Origin: the human T2T-CHM13v2.0 reference genome, Homo sapiens
Length of the DNA stretch: 64,000 bases
Strand: one strand, 5' to 3'
Assembly (NCBI RefSeq): GCF_009914755.1
Contig: NC_060928.1
Made by a program: the position numbers and the translations under genes
In this document: in pieces, positions 1-15,370 of the stretch
Layout: each line of letters begins with the position of its first letter
Numbering within the stretch: the stretch's first letter is position 1
The notes under the pieces: generated by a model
Told to the model about the DNA's origin: nothing
Seen by the model: only the letters and a program-made list of their open reading frames with translations
Databases searched by the model: none

Positions 1-319
1 AGTTAGTTAACAGTGTAGTTTAAGTCTTCTATTTACTTACTGCTTTTCTATTTATTCTGTCAATTATTGAGAGAAAACATTGAAATATGCAACTATAATT
101 TTTTAAATTTTTCTTGCATTTCTAAAAGAAAATACGTAAAGTTTTTCACCTTATGTATTTTGAAATTCTGTTATTAGATACCTAAACATTTAGGATTGTT
201 ATGTTCTATTGATTAACTCACACTTTTATCTTTAAGAAAAGGACCTGTTTGTCTGTGGTAATAGTTTGGCTCTGAAATGTACTTTGATACTACATAGCAA
301 GACTAACTTTTCTTTTATC

Positions 320-665
320 AGCCTCTCACAACGTTAACATCTCACAAGTATAGTACAATATTAAGAAATTGACATTGATACAATCCATATGACTTATGCA
401 TATTTTGCCAGTTATACATGTACTCATGTTGGAGAGGGGGCAGGAAGGAATACCTCTGTTGAATTTTATCACATGTAGCTTTACATGAACTACCACAATC
501 AAAACACTCAACTGATAAAATTCGGTAGAGTTACACCTTACTGCCTTCTCCCCAATATGAGTACATGTATAACCTGCAAAATATGTATAAGCCTGTGGAT
601 TGTATCAGTGTCAGTTTCTTAATAGTATACTACAGTTGTGTAAGATGTTAACGTTGGGAGAGGCT
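320..665. repeat. Imperfect inverted repeat: arms 320-471 and 513-665, ~41-nt spacer
   Basis: agcctctcacaacgttaacatct...gaattttatca is the reverse complement of tgataaaattc...agatgttaacgttgggagaggct at roughly 80-85% identity by eye. Confidence 0.9.
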
Positions 666-982
666 AAGAAAAGACTGCATGACACTGGCTGCAATCTCCT
701 GTCAATCTAAAATTATTTCAAAATAAAAGGTGACATATACTATAGTACATACATGACCTTTTGAAATTATTTTTTCACACAGCATCTTGCCCTTTAGGCC
801 ATCCAAGTTGTTACATGTATTAATAGTTTACTCCTTTATATTAATCAGTAATATGGTATGAATGTACCACTGTTTTATCACTATTCACACTTTGAAGGAC
901 ATTTGTGTAGTTTCCATTTATTGACTCTTATGAATAAAACTACTATGAATGTGTACAAGTTCCTGAATGAAAATAAGTTTCC

Positions 983-1206
983 TTTTTTTTTTTTTTTTGA
1001 CAGAGTTTTGTTCTTTTATCCCAGGCTGGAATGCAATGGCATGATCTCGGCTCAGTGCAAACTCCCCTCCTGGGTTCAAGCGATTCTTCTGCCTCAGCTT
1101 CCTGAGTAGTTGGGATTACAGGCGCCTGCCACCATGCCTGACTAATTTTTGTATTTTTAGTAGAGATGGGGTTTCACCACGTTGGCCAGGCTGGTCTTGA
1201 ACTCCC
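983..1206 (-). mobile_element. AluS, 5'-truncated
   Basis: Poly-T followed by Alu right arm and part of the left arm. Degenerate target-site duplication (TSD) gaaaataagtttcc / gaaataaatttcc. Confidence 0.9.
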
Positions 1207-4035
1207 TGAAATAAATTTCCAGGGGAGCAATTGCTGGGCTTTATGTTAAGTCTGTTTTCAGTTTTGAAAACAATTGCTGAACTATTTTCCAGAACGACTG
1301 TACCGTTTTATATTCCCATCAGTGGTGCGTATTGTTTTCTCCACATCTTTGCCAGTATTTGGTGCTATAACTATTTTTTTAGCTGTTCTGATAGATATGT
1401 AGTAATACCTTATTATAGTTTTCATTTTCATTTCTCTAATGGCTAATAATTATGAACATATTTTTATTTATTTGCCATCTGTATATCCTCTTTGATGAAC
1501 TGACTGTTTATATCTTTTGTACATTTTCTAATTCAATTGTTTGTATTCTTCTGTTTGGTTTTGAGAATTTAACACATTGTAGATAAAAGGCCTTTGCCAG
1601 TTACGTGACTTGGCGCATTTATCCCAGTTCATAATTTATCTTTGCATTCTTATAACGCATTATTCACAGAGGAAAAGCTTTTAATGTAAGTAAAATTTAT
1701 CAATTTTTCCTCTTATTAATCATGGTTTTGTTGTCAAGTCTAAAAACTCTTTGCCTAGTTCTAAGTCCTGACGTTTTTCACCTATATTCTTTTCTAGAAG
1801 TTTTATAGTTCATTTTTGTATTTTAAATCTATGATCCATTTTGAGTTAATTGTTGTTTAAAGTGTAAAATTTAGGTTGAGGTTCATTTTTTTTCCAATAA
1901 ATGTGCAATTATCTATTGGCTTTTTAAGTTGATCTTAATTCTGGCAAACTTGTTGAATTCTGTTATTATTTACAAGTTGCTGTTGATCCTGATGCCTTTT
2001 CTATATAACATTATTATCTCCAAATAAGGTGTTTTATCTCTGCAATATTTACATATCTTAGTTGCTTTTTTTTCCTTGTAGAGTTAGCCAAAACCTGTCA
2101 CTGTATATTAAACTGTAACAATGAGAACAGGCAACTTTTTCTTATCCCTGATCCTAAAGGGACTGCATCTGAGTTTCTTCATTAACTGTAATATTTGCTA
2201 CAGGACTTTGATACATACCTTCACCACAGTAAGGAAATTCTCTTCTATTTTCACTTACTAGAAAATAATTATTTTAAATAAGTGTGGTATCAAGTAATTT
2301 TCTGTATCATCTGAGATAATTATTTTCTCCATTAATATTTTAATGTGGGAATTACATTGACAGAGTTTTCTAATGTAAAATCATCCTTGTATTACTAATA
2401 TAAAGCCTATTTTATCGTAATATACTCTGGTTCACACAATTGGATTTGGTTGCTGATATTTTATTTAAGATTTTTACCTCTATTGCCATAAGGACAACTA
2501 GGCCATGATTTCCTTGCATTACTCTTACCTGGTTTTAGAGTCATAATTTAGCCTCATAAAATAAGGTGATCAGATTACTCCTATTTATTTTTTCAGAATA
2601 ATTCAAATAAGAAAAGAATTTTTCTTCCTTGAAAAATGAGAACTCGTCTGTAGAAATATCTTGGCTTGAAGTACTTTGATTATAATTTCAATTTACTTAA
2701 CACTTATTGTTTAACTCAAGCTCTTTTTTGTCTTTTTTCTTGTCAATTTTGATGACACTATTTTCTGTAAGAACTTTCCTTGGATTCAGTCTGGTATTCA
2801 ATATTGTGGACACGTAGTTAACGTCTCCATGGGGATTACAGAGAGCATAAGAAAAACATGTCCCCATTTACCCTAGCATGACACCAGAATCATCATCTGA
2901 AGCCTATTCAGGGACATCCCAGAGGTTCCGATGGGATCTGGCATGTCCAAAGACCTGCAGGGTCCTGATGGTCCACACTGCTGAAGCTTATAGTTAATTG
3001 GCTACAAGCATGACATTTGCTTTTAGAACATAGTTCTCCATGTTCCCATAATATAGCATATTCACTGTTTTATTTCCCCTCTTAGAGTTGGTTTCCAGCT
3101 CTCTTTCCTGTATTCCACAACTTTCTTGTCCTGACTGGCTTAATATTTACCTTTTCTTGTTATCAATAACTTTCCTCTAGACTATAAAATACTTTCTGCC
3201 TCTAATTATATCTGGGCTGTGGACGTGTAACAAGCTATGAGAGAGGTTCTCAACTGAACAAGATATAAAATTTAGCTGTGACTACTTCAGATTCTTGGCT
3301 ATGTGTCTGATGGTTGCCTATCCCCCAACTTCACTCACTTAACTACAAAAAATAATTAGAAGAAATGGCTTCATTCAACACAAATTATTCTCTTCAAGTT
3401 CTCATGTTTCTGGTAGGATAACTGAACACCATAGCAATGTGTCTGCCCTCACAGTGGCTTGTCTTTACTTTATTATTTGTAATCTGAAATCAAGTTAATA
3501 GCCCCATGTTTCTCCCTAGGATCCTCATTGATAAATTCAATTAATTGATATATTCAATTAACTGGTTTGGTTTATAGTGAAGGATGCACAGTTTAAATAG
3601 TACTGTTAAATTGTACCTTACAGTAAATTTCACTGCATTAAGTATTATCAAATTTCAGTTAGACTTCCAGCACGTGGTGAGATTCTCTTGACTGTCATTC
3701 AATTGATTGGATTATTCATAAAATAAAGACATTAAATAACATAGAAACCACATACATAGCACTCAGTAGAGAAGGATATAAATTAGAGTCCTTGGGACAT
3801 TTTGTTTTCTGCTATTTGAATAGAGTTTCACTGAATGATGTAGATTTATAGAAATCATAAATTTAAGATAATCAGAACTAAACAGCTAAGTGTCTTAACA
3901 AATTGGCAAAAAAAAAAATGCAGAAAGTTTGTCTCTTATCCTTGAACATAAAATACAAGAGCATGGTTCCTCAGATATTCATCATTGTCTATCCATTCTT
4001 TGGAGCCTTGCTTCCTGGGGTTAAGAACTATGGAA

Positions 4036-4388
4036 TGCTATGGACTGAATGTTGTGACCCCCTAAAATGTATATGTTGAAATTTTAACCTCCAATGTGAT
4101 GATAACAGGAGATGGGGCCTTTAGGGGGTGTGTAGGTCATGAAGGTGTGCCCTTGTAAGAAGAGAAAGGAGAGAGTTTGCTTCCTTTCTCTCTGCTTTCT
4201 GCCATGTGAGGATACAACGAGAAGACTGCTATCTGCAAACCAGGACGCAAGCAGACCCTTGTGACAATAGAAGTGCCAGCACCTTGATCTTGGACTTCCC
4301 AGACTGCAGAACTATGAAAAATAAATTTCTGTGTTTAAGCTACCTAGTCTGTGGTATTTTTGTTATAGCATCCAGATTGGACTAAGAT
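4036..4388 (+). mobile_element. MaLR solo LTR (MLT1A/MST-like)
   Basis: Starts tgctatggactgaatgtt and ends tgttatagca...ggactaaga. Contains typical gcaccttgatcttggacttcccag and aataaatttctg motifs. Confidence 0.85.
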
Positions 4389-4563
4389 GTTAGGCATGAA
4401 AGCAGTAAAACTGCAAGAAAACATCCTTCTGAAAGCCTCTGAAAATACAGAATTAAAACCACATATGGTCATTCAAGTAAATTATTATGCTGATGGTGCT
4501 TGTAAGGAATGATAGCATTTCCTGAACACAGTGCTAAGGAAATCCAAATAAGAATTCAAAGAA

Positions 4564-4663
4564 TAGAAAGAGAAGACTATGCAGTCAATTTCAAGAAGAA
4601 TCCAGTCTTCAACTAGAAAGAGAAGACTATGTAGTCAAGTTCTAGAAGAATCCAGTCTTCAAC
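4564..4663. repeat. Tandem duplication of a 50-bp unit
   Basis: tagaaagagaagactatg(c/t)agtcaa(t/g)ttc(a/t)agaagaatccagtcttcaac occurs twice with 3 mismatches. Confidence 0.95.
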
Positions 4664-4780
4664 TGAGGGCTGAGGATCACCAGTGCCCATTTGCCCAAGT
4701 TCAACCTTCCTGAGGCATTTTTTAGGTCAGGTTACCACTAATCTTGGTCACTAACTGCGTTAGAGTTCTTCAGAGAACAC

Positions 4781-4856
4781 ACCATGCCATTGCACTCCAG
4801 CCTGGGCAAAAAGAGTGAAATTCCATCTCAAAAATAAATAAATAAGTAAATAAAAA
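4781..4856 (+). mobile_element. Alu 3' fragment with (TAAA)n tail
   Basis: gccattgcactccagcctgggcaaaaagagtgaaattccatctcaaaaataaataaa. Confidence 0.85.
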
Positions 4857-4857
4857 G

Positions 4858-5700
4858 TCAAGGTGACTGAGATCCCTGTGGAAGATATTGTAAGAAAAAG
4901 CACAATTTTTTCTTACATATTGACATAGCCCTCAAGTAGGATCATGAAAGCGTATTCTTGGTCCTAACATACAAACCATCCACTTTTGTGGTTCTTGCAA
5001 ATCAATATAGAAAACAAGCATTTTCCAGGTTGGTAGCTGCATACCAGATGCCAGGGTCAACGTTGATTTGCTTCATTAAGGCACCATTCTTGAGCAAAAG
5101 CTGAAACTGAAGTCAATACCTGAATAAATGTATGATATTCCACAGTCGTTCTCCAAGATCCATCCCACTTCTATAGAGCCCAAATAAGCAAATTAGATAG
5201 GGATGGGATTGGTATCACTACACTTGCATCTTACAAATCTTTGGGAATGGCAATAGCCTCTGAAGTTCCTCCAGCAATGTGGTATTGCTTTTGGTTTACC
5301 ATCCTGGCAGAAAGAGGAAGCTCGAGGGGCATACACTTGGTCCTTCCTCCCATAATATCTTTACCTCATGAGTCAGAGAATCAATGTGATGATCCTTCCA
5401 ACTCTCAAGTATGTCTATTCAGATTATACATCCAGTAACCTAGGAAACAACCACAGGGGCCTGCGGATCTACTGGGCCCATGGTGATTCAAATTTAGGCC
5501 AAAACCTCATTTAGTACTTGATTTCCAGAAACCTTACTTTGAAAAGTAAACAACAGTGGCTTTCTGTTCCCCTGAATTTAGCATCAATTCAGGGCTGGTG
5601 TCTAGTAATCCTTCAAAATTATTGCTATTTTCTTTTTTCCAGTGTTCATTTACTCTTGTAAAATGCTAGAGATACCTTGAGGAAAGCTTGGAGGAAGACT
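4858..5700 (-). mobile_element. Decayed ERVL-class endogenous retrovirus internal region (protease and RT N-terminus)
   Basis: Minus-strand frameshifted peptides FEGLLDTSPELML, GSWRTTVEY, KQINVDPGIWYAATNLENA and EYAFMILLEGYVN parallel ERVL GLLDTGSELTL, GSWRMTVDY, EQINTSPGTWYAAIDLANA and QYTFTVLPQGYIN, in the correct order. Confidence 0.8.
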
Positions 5701-5804
5701 TATAGTCTGAATATTTTTCTGACATAACATTATAGTGCAAAATATGTGTTTTTTTGTAAAAAGCACTAATGGTAGAGCAAAAAGATGATGACACACTCAT
5801 GCCT

Positions 5805-6280
5805 GTCCATTCCTTCATTCAAAAAATATTTGATTGCAGGCCCACTGTATACCAGAGTTGTTCAAGTTGATAGATATACAGTAGTATCTTTAAAGATCCT
5901 ACATTTTAGAAAACAGAGAAGGAAATTAATTAAATATTTCAAATAATTTTAGATTATGATAAGCTCAACAAAAAATAAATAAGATGATATGATGGAGATA
6001 TTGAGGGGAGATTTTCAAGGTGCTGCTTCAGATAAAGTAGTTTTAAAAGGCTGACTGAGAATGTAAAATTGAGGTTGAAAACTGAAGGAAGCAGTGGAGC
6101 CAGCCCTTAGAAGAACTCAAAGAATAAATAAGTAACAGGCAGAAAGAACAGGTCGTGCAGAAAAAGACCCTGAGGTGAAAATGTGTGGTGTGGCTGCAGC
6201 GCTGTGTTGAGTTGATGTGAGATGAGGCCAATGTGCAGGTCATTGCAAGTAAGGAATTTGCACTGTAAGATCGGCTATAA
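5805..6280 (-). mobile_element. L2 fragment (approximate)
   Basis: cattccttcattcaaaaaatattt start, typical of the L2 3' end, followed by a purine-rich L2-like body. Confidence 0.55.
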
Positions 6281-6395
6281 TATGACATACGTACTTCATG
6301 CAATTTAAAAACTACGGCACCCATGCGGAAGCAGTCAAACACCTAAGTGACTTGATTTAACACTAATCTTTGTAAGCGGCACTTAAAAATAGTAA

Positions 6396-6726
<331 letters not shown>

Positions 6727-7199
6727 CACATTTTTGATGATTAAGTTCATAAATACTACAATACATATGACACTTTACCTTAAAAAATACCCGAAGTTTG
6801 TAGAAACAGACGTCAGAAATGATGCAGCTGTGAGTTATTGCGATGTGGTTGCAGAAGGGTCACCTGCAATCCAATGGAAAGTTGTAATGCCTGCTATGTG
6901 GGGTGTGGCTCGTAACACAGTTAACTGAGGTCACTGGTGGATGTTTGAGGTGCCTGTGTGCATTCTGTGTGTCCCTGCGCTGAGCCACTCATCAGGTGCA
7001 GTTTCTGCATTTACTGAGAATTTTTCACACGTACGCAAACATGAAATTTTCATCATGCTCAAATTTTTCCTTAACAATCGCTTTTCAAAAGCAAGCATTA
7101 TAGCAGAACTGACTATTTTATTCTACTTGTAGAAGGTACTATCTGAAAGTTTTAAATAACAAAGTAGCATGATATAATTTTTGTTTTAAAAGACCATTT

Positions 7200-7402
7200 G
7201 GATAGTTAACAATAATAATATGTACTTCAAAATTGCTAGCAGAATAGATCTTAAATGTTCTCACCACAAAATAAGTGTATGAGGTGAAAGACGCTAAGTG
7301 ACTTGATTTAATCATTTCACAATGTATACATATATCAAAACATTGAGCTGTGCACCATAACTATATACAATCTTTGTTTGTCAATTCTACCTTAATAAAG
7401 CT
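7200..7402 (+). mobile_element. L1MA/MB 3' end
   Basis: atagttaacaataat...cttaaatgttctcaccac...cttaataaagctg. Confidence 0.75.
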
Positions 7403-8609
7403 GAGGGGCAGGGGAAAGACTCCAAACCATTACAAGAAAACACTCAGAGAAAGAATGTGATACACAATAAGAAGAGAAAGAGAACCCCCATTTTCCTGTA
7501 AATGTGCAGAGAAAAGGGAGCGAGAACAAAGAAGTGGCCCAGTTGGAGAGTCACTGGCATATAAAGCACATCCATAAAGAATAAACCTGACACTTCACTT
7601 ACAGAATCTACATACAAAAGTCACTAAAGGAAAATTTGTTGCATTAGTAAATGATCAGATTAATAAAGACGAACCATTCCTAAGTTCTAAGGAGGAAATC
7701 ATCACTTTGGTGTGTACAGAATGAGTACAGATGGATATGAATGCCATTTAACTGAGCTGGAAAACAATGAGAAAGTGCAGGTTTAGAGGGAAGCAGCCTA
7801 GTGGAAACGACAAGTTGGCAGTTGGATCTGTGCTTTCAACTTCAGTGGAGAGGTAGAGCTAGAGGCATAACCAGCATCTGGCTGGTGTTTAACGCAAAAC
7901 TGGCTGCATGAGACAACCTAGGAGAGGCAGAGGCCCAGGACCTTTCTCTTCACAAGTATGCATTTGAAATTCTATGCGGTTCTTTTCTTGTTCTGATTTG
8001 GTGTCTGAGGTTTGTATAGATGGTCACCATGACAAAGAAACAAAGGAGAGCGGAAGGAAAAATGGAAGGAAGGAACTATAAAATTCCAGGTCTCTCGTCT
8101 AAAATATACTTAGGAAACAAAGCTACTACCAAGTCATCGCTAAATTACTAGGTAAAGGTTAATGAATTCACTAACCCTTTCCTTCTATACACAGTTTTTT
8201 AACCCATTTTTCAGTCTGGGATATTCTGTGGCTTTTTGGTAGAAAGAGAAGTAGATACTGTTGAAGACTAAACAGATACTTAGCTTTTAGTGAATACACT
8301 TGAATCATCTTGAGTCTTGAAAACTTTTCTTGGCCATTTATCTGCTTTTAAAGTAATAGCTTTATGTACCAAAAGTTTCTAGCCACTCTTTCCTGAAAAT
8401 GAGCACTTAACAAAATATAAAATATCAATCTTATAAATGGTTTCAGAACTATTTTGCACATTATCACTAATGCTGTTATATTCAAACAGCCACTGTTTTT
8501 GACACCCATTGCTATCACCAGCCAAATAAGCTTCTTAACCAATTCACATACTTGAGCAAATCTGCCCCAATTATGGTACTTTTTAATTTTTTTACTCTAT
8601 ATATTTGGG

Positions 8610-9600
<991 letters not shown>

Positions 9601-11462
9601 CGGTATGGTACTTTCTGAGCATGCCCACCACCCTCTTCTCATTCTCTTCCCCTGCTATGATAGGGGAAAAAAGTGAAATTATGTCTTTCCCTGACAGTCA
9701 GTGAGAAGCACTGGATGGAAAAGGAGCCACGTGCTGCTAAGAGGGCAGGGCAGGCATTCAATGCCAGGTGACAAGACCAAGGGCACATATGCTGTCACAG
9801 GTACCATCACTAATGGCAGGGGCATCACGTTTTCAGACTGGACTCCCTGCCTCTAATCTGAAGACTTCCTTTCCCCCTCGCTGGAACCACTTGGCTCCTA
9901 CTTGCTGGCTCTGCCCTTTCCATCCATAGGTGTAAGCCAGACCTTGGCATTCTGGGGCAAGCTGGACTCGCATTCAGTACCAAGCCAGCCTTATCATGTA
10001 GCCTAGTACCTTCTAGCACCAGTTCCAATCACTGATTACTCTCTCTTGTTTGTCATTTTTAGGAAGCCCCCTAGTAACTTAATATCTCTAAGACAGATGG
10101 TTCATCTTGCTACTTCCAGTGAGTTCTCCTTTCCAGGTGCCAGGGTTCTCCCCTCAATTCAAGATTATGAACAGAAGGCTCTGCCACTCACCTTACTTGA
10201 CTTCTAATAACCACTTGTTTCTAGATTCCTTATCCATGTCTTGCACACACCTACTGGAATACACCATCTTCTCTTTATGTGACACCACCTGTTTACTATG
10301 TCTCTTACCCAACCCTGTGTAGACACACTTGTCCTTCTAGGGTGAACTTAGTCGCGTCACATGTGTCATGGATCATACACTGCAAAGCTTCACACTGTGC
10401 CCCACCTCAAGCATCAGAGGTCCAGATCCAGCTTCTGCTTCCTCGAGTCTGCTAATTTCTACCTGAGTTACTGGATCTTGTCTGGTAAAGTGCTAAGATC
10501 TGACACTGTTTGCTACTGCTTCTGTACTTTTCATTTACTGCCTCAGAAAAATAATGCTCTATCAAACTAATCAGATATTTATTCCCAAGTTGGGCTGTTT
10601 ATTCTTCTCTTGAACAAAGTATATATCATGCACTTACTTCAGTCAGAACTGCACTCTACTAAATTTCTGAGCTCCTTTTTCTTTCCCTCTTATGCCAGAA
10701 TCTGGAAGCTGGCCTAAATACTGCAAACCCTAAATAACATTTGGCCAATCCAACTGTGATAACCAAACAGTAATTAGACTCAAGCTGAAGGTCAGATATT
10801 CAGTTGACTAATGTTCTATAAGGACTCATTAAATGATTGTCTGGGAAAAGCCTTCCCACATTGTGTCACATGCCAAATTATGTATCTTGGCCTTGTGTAT
10901 AGATTCTGTCACCTTTTCTTACAACACTTGATAAAGAGCTTCTAATTTTCAAAACATGGTGGATGATAACACTTTCACATATAACCATCAAAGAAGCAGA
11001 TTCTTCCTGGGTCCAACAAGACTATCCCATCACTTTAAAAGCCTATTGGATTATTAAGGAAATAAAGATGAGAGGCAAATGTGGAGAATATTCTTTTCAG
11101 CATTCTTAACTAGATATTGCAAATTATTTAAACATCGCACATAATAAAATGATATAGCCAGATGATGAAATAACATACAGTTGTTGAAAGTGATGTATAG
11201 TTGAAATATATTTATTGACATGGAAGGAAATAAAATAGTGAAAAAGAAAAGTGATAAAACATTTTGTAAAATAGGACTCCATTTTGATAAAAATCGCATG
11301 TGCATGTGGATAAAAAAATTCAAAAAGGTCATACTCATTGAATATAATACCAAATGTTAATAGCTGTTATCTATGGGATCACTGATTACTTTTTTTCTCT
11401 TCTTTCATATCGTATTTTCTACTTTTTCTACTATGAACATGTATTAGTTATGTAATAATTGT

Positions 11463-11745
11463 ATTTATTTATTTTAAAGACAGGGTCTCACTCTGCTGCC
11501 CAGGTTGGAGTGCGGTGGCAAGGTCATAGTTCACTGCAGCCTCGAGCTCCTGGGCTCAATCAATCCTCTTGCCCTCAGTCTCTTAAATAGGTTGCACTAC
11601 AGGCATGTGCCTCCACGCCCAGTGAAATTTCTTTTTTTTGGTCAGTGGGGACCAGGGTCTTACTTTGTTGCCTAGGCTGGTCTCAAACTTCTAGCCTCAA
11701 GCAAAAAGTGCTGGGATTACAGGCATTAGCCCCCCGCAGCCAACC
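11463..11745 (-). mobile_element. AluJ
   Basis: agacagggtctcactctg...gcagcctcgagctcctgggctcaa. TSD tgtaataat. Confidence 0.9.
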
Positions 11746-12434
11746 TTGTAATAATATTTTTAACTATTCCCTGAATTTGTGAACCGTAAAATGATTGCAT
11801 GTACATGTGCTCTATGGATAGTAATAGTTGATGTCCTTAATTTTGGTCTCATCCTTAGTTATAATTGCATTGACTTCAGAATTGAGGGCTCATATGTTTA
11901 GAAAAACAAGAGGCAGATTGAATCTATAACATTTTATGAACCATTTACACTGAAAAATATTGTAAATGGCTTTTTCAAAAAAAGTCATACACTAAATTTT
12001 TAATAGTGGTTAGTTCTGATTAATATGATGTTGAGTGAGTTTTTTTTTTATTTTGCTTTGCTTTCCTTTTTTTTTTCTTACTTTTCAAAACATGCTACCC
12101 TTAAAATGTGGTTTTAAAGGGGAAGATGATGAAAAGTTATTGATATCATCATCTGTTATTATTCCATCAGAGTCTGGGAATGCTGGAACAGAGTAACCCA
12201 GTATAACAAGCTCTGCAGACTGCCCTATTAGTGCAGGGGTACTCAACCACATACCACTAATGGCTCAGAGTGTAAGACTTTACTAAAAATGCAGCTACAT
12301 CGTTAACCACTTGATTGCAGGGACCATGTCTTAAACAATTTGTGCTTGCCGAGTGCATTGCATAAAGTAGGGGCACAGTATATTTGTCAAAAGAAATAAT
12401 GATCATAGGTGGGAGGGAAGATGATGAAGAGAAG

Positions 12435-12630
12435 TGAGTTAAAGGGTACCAACAAACAGAAAAATATAAGGAATAAATTCAATATTTGATAGCAGAGTAG
12501 GATGACTATACTTAAAAAATGTATTGTGCTAGGGCAATGGAACCTTTAAATACCCTGACTTGAACATTATGAATTATATTCATATGAAAATTTTCTCATG
12601 TACCCCATAATTTGCACAAATAAAAAAAAG
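12435..12630 (+). mobile_element. L1 3' end fragment (L1PB/MA-like)
   Basis: aaataccctgacttga...catgtaccccataatttgcacaaataaaaaaaa. Confidence 0.7.
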
Positions 12631-14697
12631 GACCATGGTAGAAAAAAAGAAATAATAAAGATCGTAAGACACTTAGAAGTTATAGGGGATTGACAGTCAT
12701 CTGGATCCAACTTTAACAAAAATCACTACATTCATAGTGTTTGACCTCGCAGCCTTCGATCATCCTTACTTAAATAAAGAGACATCCAGCCTCCTGCTGC
12801 TTGCCCAGTTCCTAGTTCCACATCAATCTGTCTTTGTCTCAAACATATCCAGAGTTTCCCCACCCCCGCCCCGGCCAGTTTTCCCCCACCCCCACCAATT
12901 TTCTGGCTATCAGAGAGGGCTCAGCTCTCTATTCTTGATATATGACTGTGGTCTACCCTACTCAGGGAGACCACATAAGCTTTTCCAAAAGATAGACCTC
13001 TTCCCAAGTTCTGGAACTTGACCTCAACAATGTATAGATAGAAATGATTACATAAACACCACAGATGCCCTGTTCTTCCTTCCTACCATAAATATTTTTA
13101 GAATCAGGTTATAATTAAATGTATATGTCATCCAGATAGACTAATAATATGGTGCCCCCACAAAACAACATTTTGCAAATATTTATCCAACATGTTTTAG
13201 TGCTAGCAGGATTAGTGCCATCAAGAAATAATTTTTATAGCACTGCCATTTGTTTTCTTAATTTCTCCTTGAGGGAACTTCCTATGTTAGCAGGAATAAG
13301 ACTTGGAAGTCTTCTGAAAATAGTAACCGTATAAGCAAAAGAAACGTGATGAATCTTCTTGGCATCTTTTCTAAGAGGTCAGACTTCATGTACTCCATGA
13401 AAGAGGTACAATGGGTTTAAGGAAATAACATCCTGAAATAAAATGTCAAGAAAGGAAAGAAGCAAAATAAGAGGATTACAGAAAAAACAAATACTTGATA
13501 ACACTTGTAATTCATGTTGAAAAAAGAAAAGATCTGAATTAACATTAGAAAACCCTGAGAACATGAGAGAGAGGACAAAACTGAGACATATTTTAAAGCA
13601 CAGAGAATAATGATAAAGAAATAAAAACCAATAAGGACAGAGAAGAGAGAATCAAACTAAGAATTCTATTTTTCTCTCAGGAAGAGACCAAAACAACTGA
13701 CAAAATTCAAACTTATAAATAAAGAAGTATCTAAATTTTGAAGATTCTTCGGGGTCACAGATGAAACAGTTCACTTCATTCCTGGGAAAATAAATCCATA
13801 ATTAGACACTCCTGGGTAAATTTTTAACATTAAAATAATAAAGAAAACAATCATAAACTTTCAGGATAATGGGGTAGAGGGAGAAGGGAAAATTACAGAT
13901 TAGCCTCACTTTTATAATGTTAAATTTAAAAAAAAAAATCTACAGCTTTTGAACAAAAACAAATTTTATAACCAACCAAGTTGTTTTCCTGAAGAAAAAC
14001 ACTAAAAAGACACAAATATGCATGAACTCAGAAAACATTTCACAAATATCTGTGTTAAAAATACTCATTGAATATACACTGGCCAAAAATGAGATAAATC
14101 AAAGTAATAAACATTAATATTAGAAAATTATATATTAAAAGACTGGCGAGTCGTTGCTGAAATTGAACTCCAAATTCAGGAACTTAATCGGATAATATGT
14201 GCTGAAACAGATTCTGCCTTCTGTGGATAAATTATGGTCCTGCTTTCCCTGAGTTTCTCTTTTATTCATTCATTGAACAAGTATGAAGCACCTCCTTTGT
14301 GCCAGGCCCTGTTGGCCCCTAGAGATACAGTGATAATACAGTAAATAAGATAGTTGTAACCTCTTCTTTAAGTCATTCTGCAGTCTAATTTTTTCAGTTC
14401 TGTCCCTTTTCTAGCAGAAATAATTATTGAGCCACATTCTTCACCCCCAATTTAGCAAGAATTTCTTCTCAAATATGAGGTCTTCTTAGAATAATAACAA
14501 GTGTTATAGTCCAGCATTTTAAGAACAACAATTAAATTATTTTATAGTTGGGACACTGTGCCAGAAGAATTATTTTACAAAAGGTCTTTTGTTTCCCCTC
14601 CACAAAAGCAGAATTGCGCAGAGCAACATAATAGCCATTTTTATTGCCAAGAAATTTAAATAATGATTTTTTCCCACTTTAAACATCACGTTTAATT

Positions 14698-15069
<372 letters not shown>

Positions 15070-15370
15070 TCACATTGCCTCACATTTAGGACTTGGGTTG
15101 TTTCTGTGTTGACTATACTTTAAAGTAAGCCCTTATAGCAAGTAAACACATGAAAATGGTAATGGATGTTATTAAAGGACTTAACTGAACTTGGCTTCAT
15201 TGCCCCTTCATTTTAGGGTCCTTTCTCCTTTCAAAAAGATGTTGGTTCTAAGGCCTTGGATATTTTAACTCAATATTCTTTCTCTCTCCCAAGCTTGCTT
15301 TGCCAGTACTTCAGACCTAAGTAAGTGAAATTGAAATACCAGAATAGTACATTACAGAGTGTTCCAATAC

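Larger units (their letters stand above)
1..2780 (-). mobile_element. Ancient L1M (L1MC/ME-like) fragments, rearranged
   Basis: Degenerate L1 3'UTR/ORF2 motifs such as gacattgatacaatcc and tctatgatccattttgagttaatt. Boundaries approximate. Confidence 0.65.

Noticed and set aside
4564-4663. CRISPR-like repeat
   Set aside because: Only two abutting units, no spacers, no cas genes, and a eukaryotic context.
12857-12897. C-rich GC-box/G4-like patch as a promoter
   Set aside because: Too short, with no CpG island and no associated exon. Unsupported without chromatin data.
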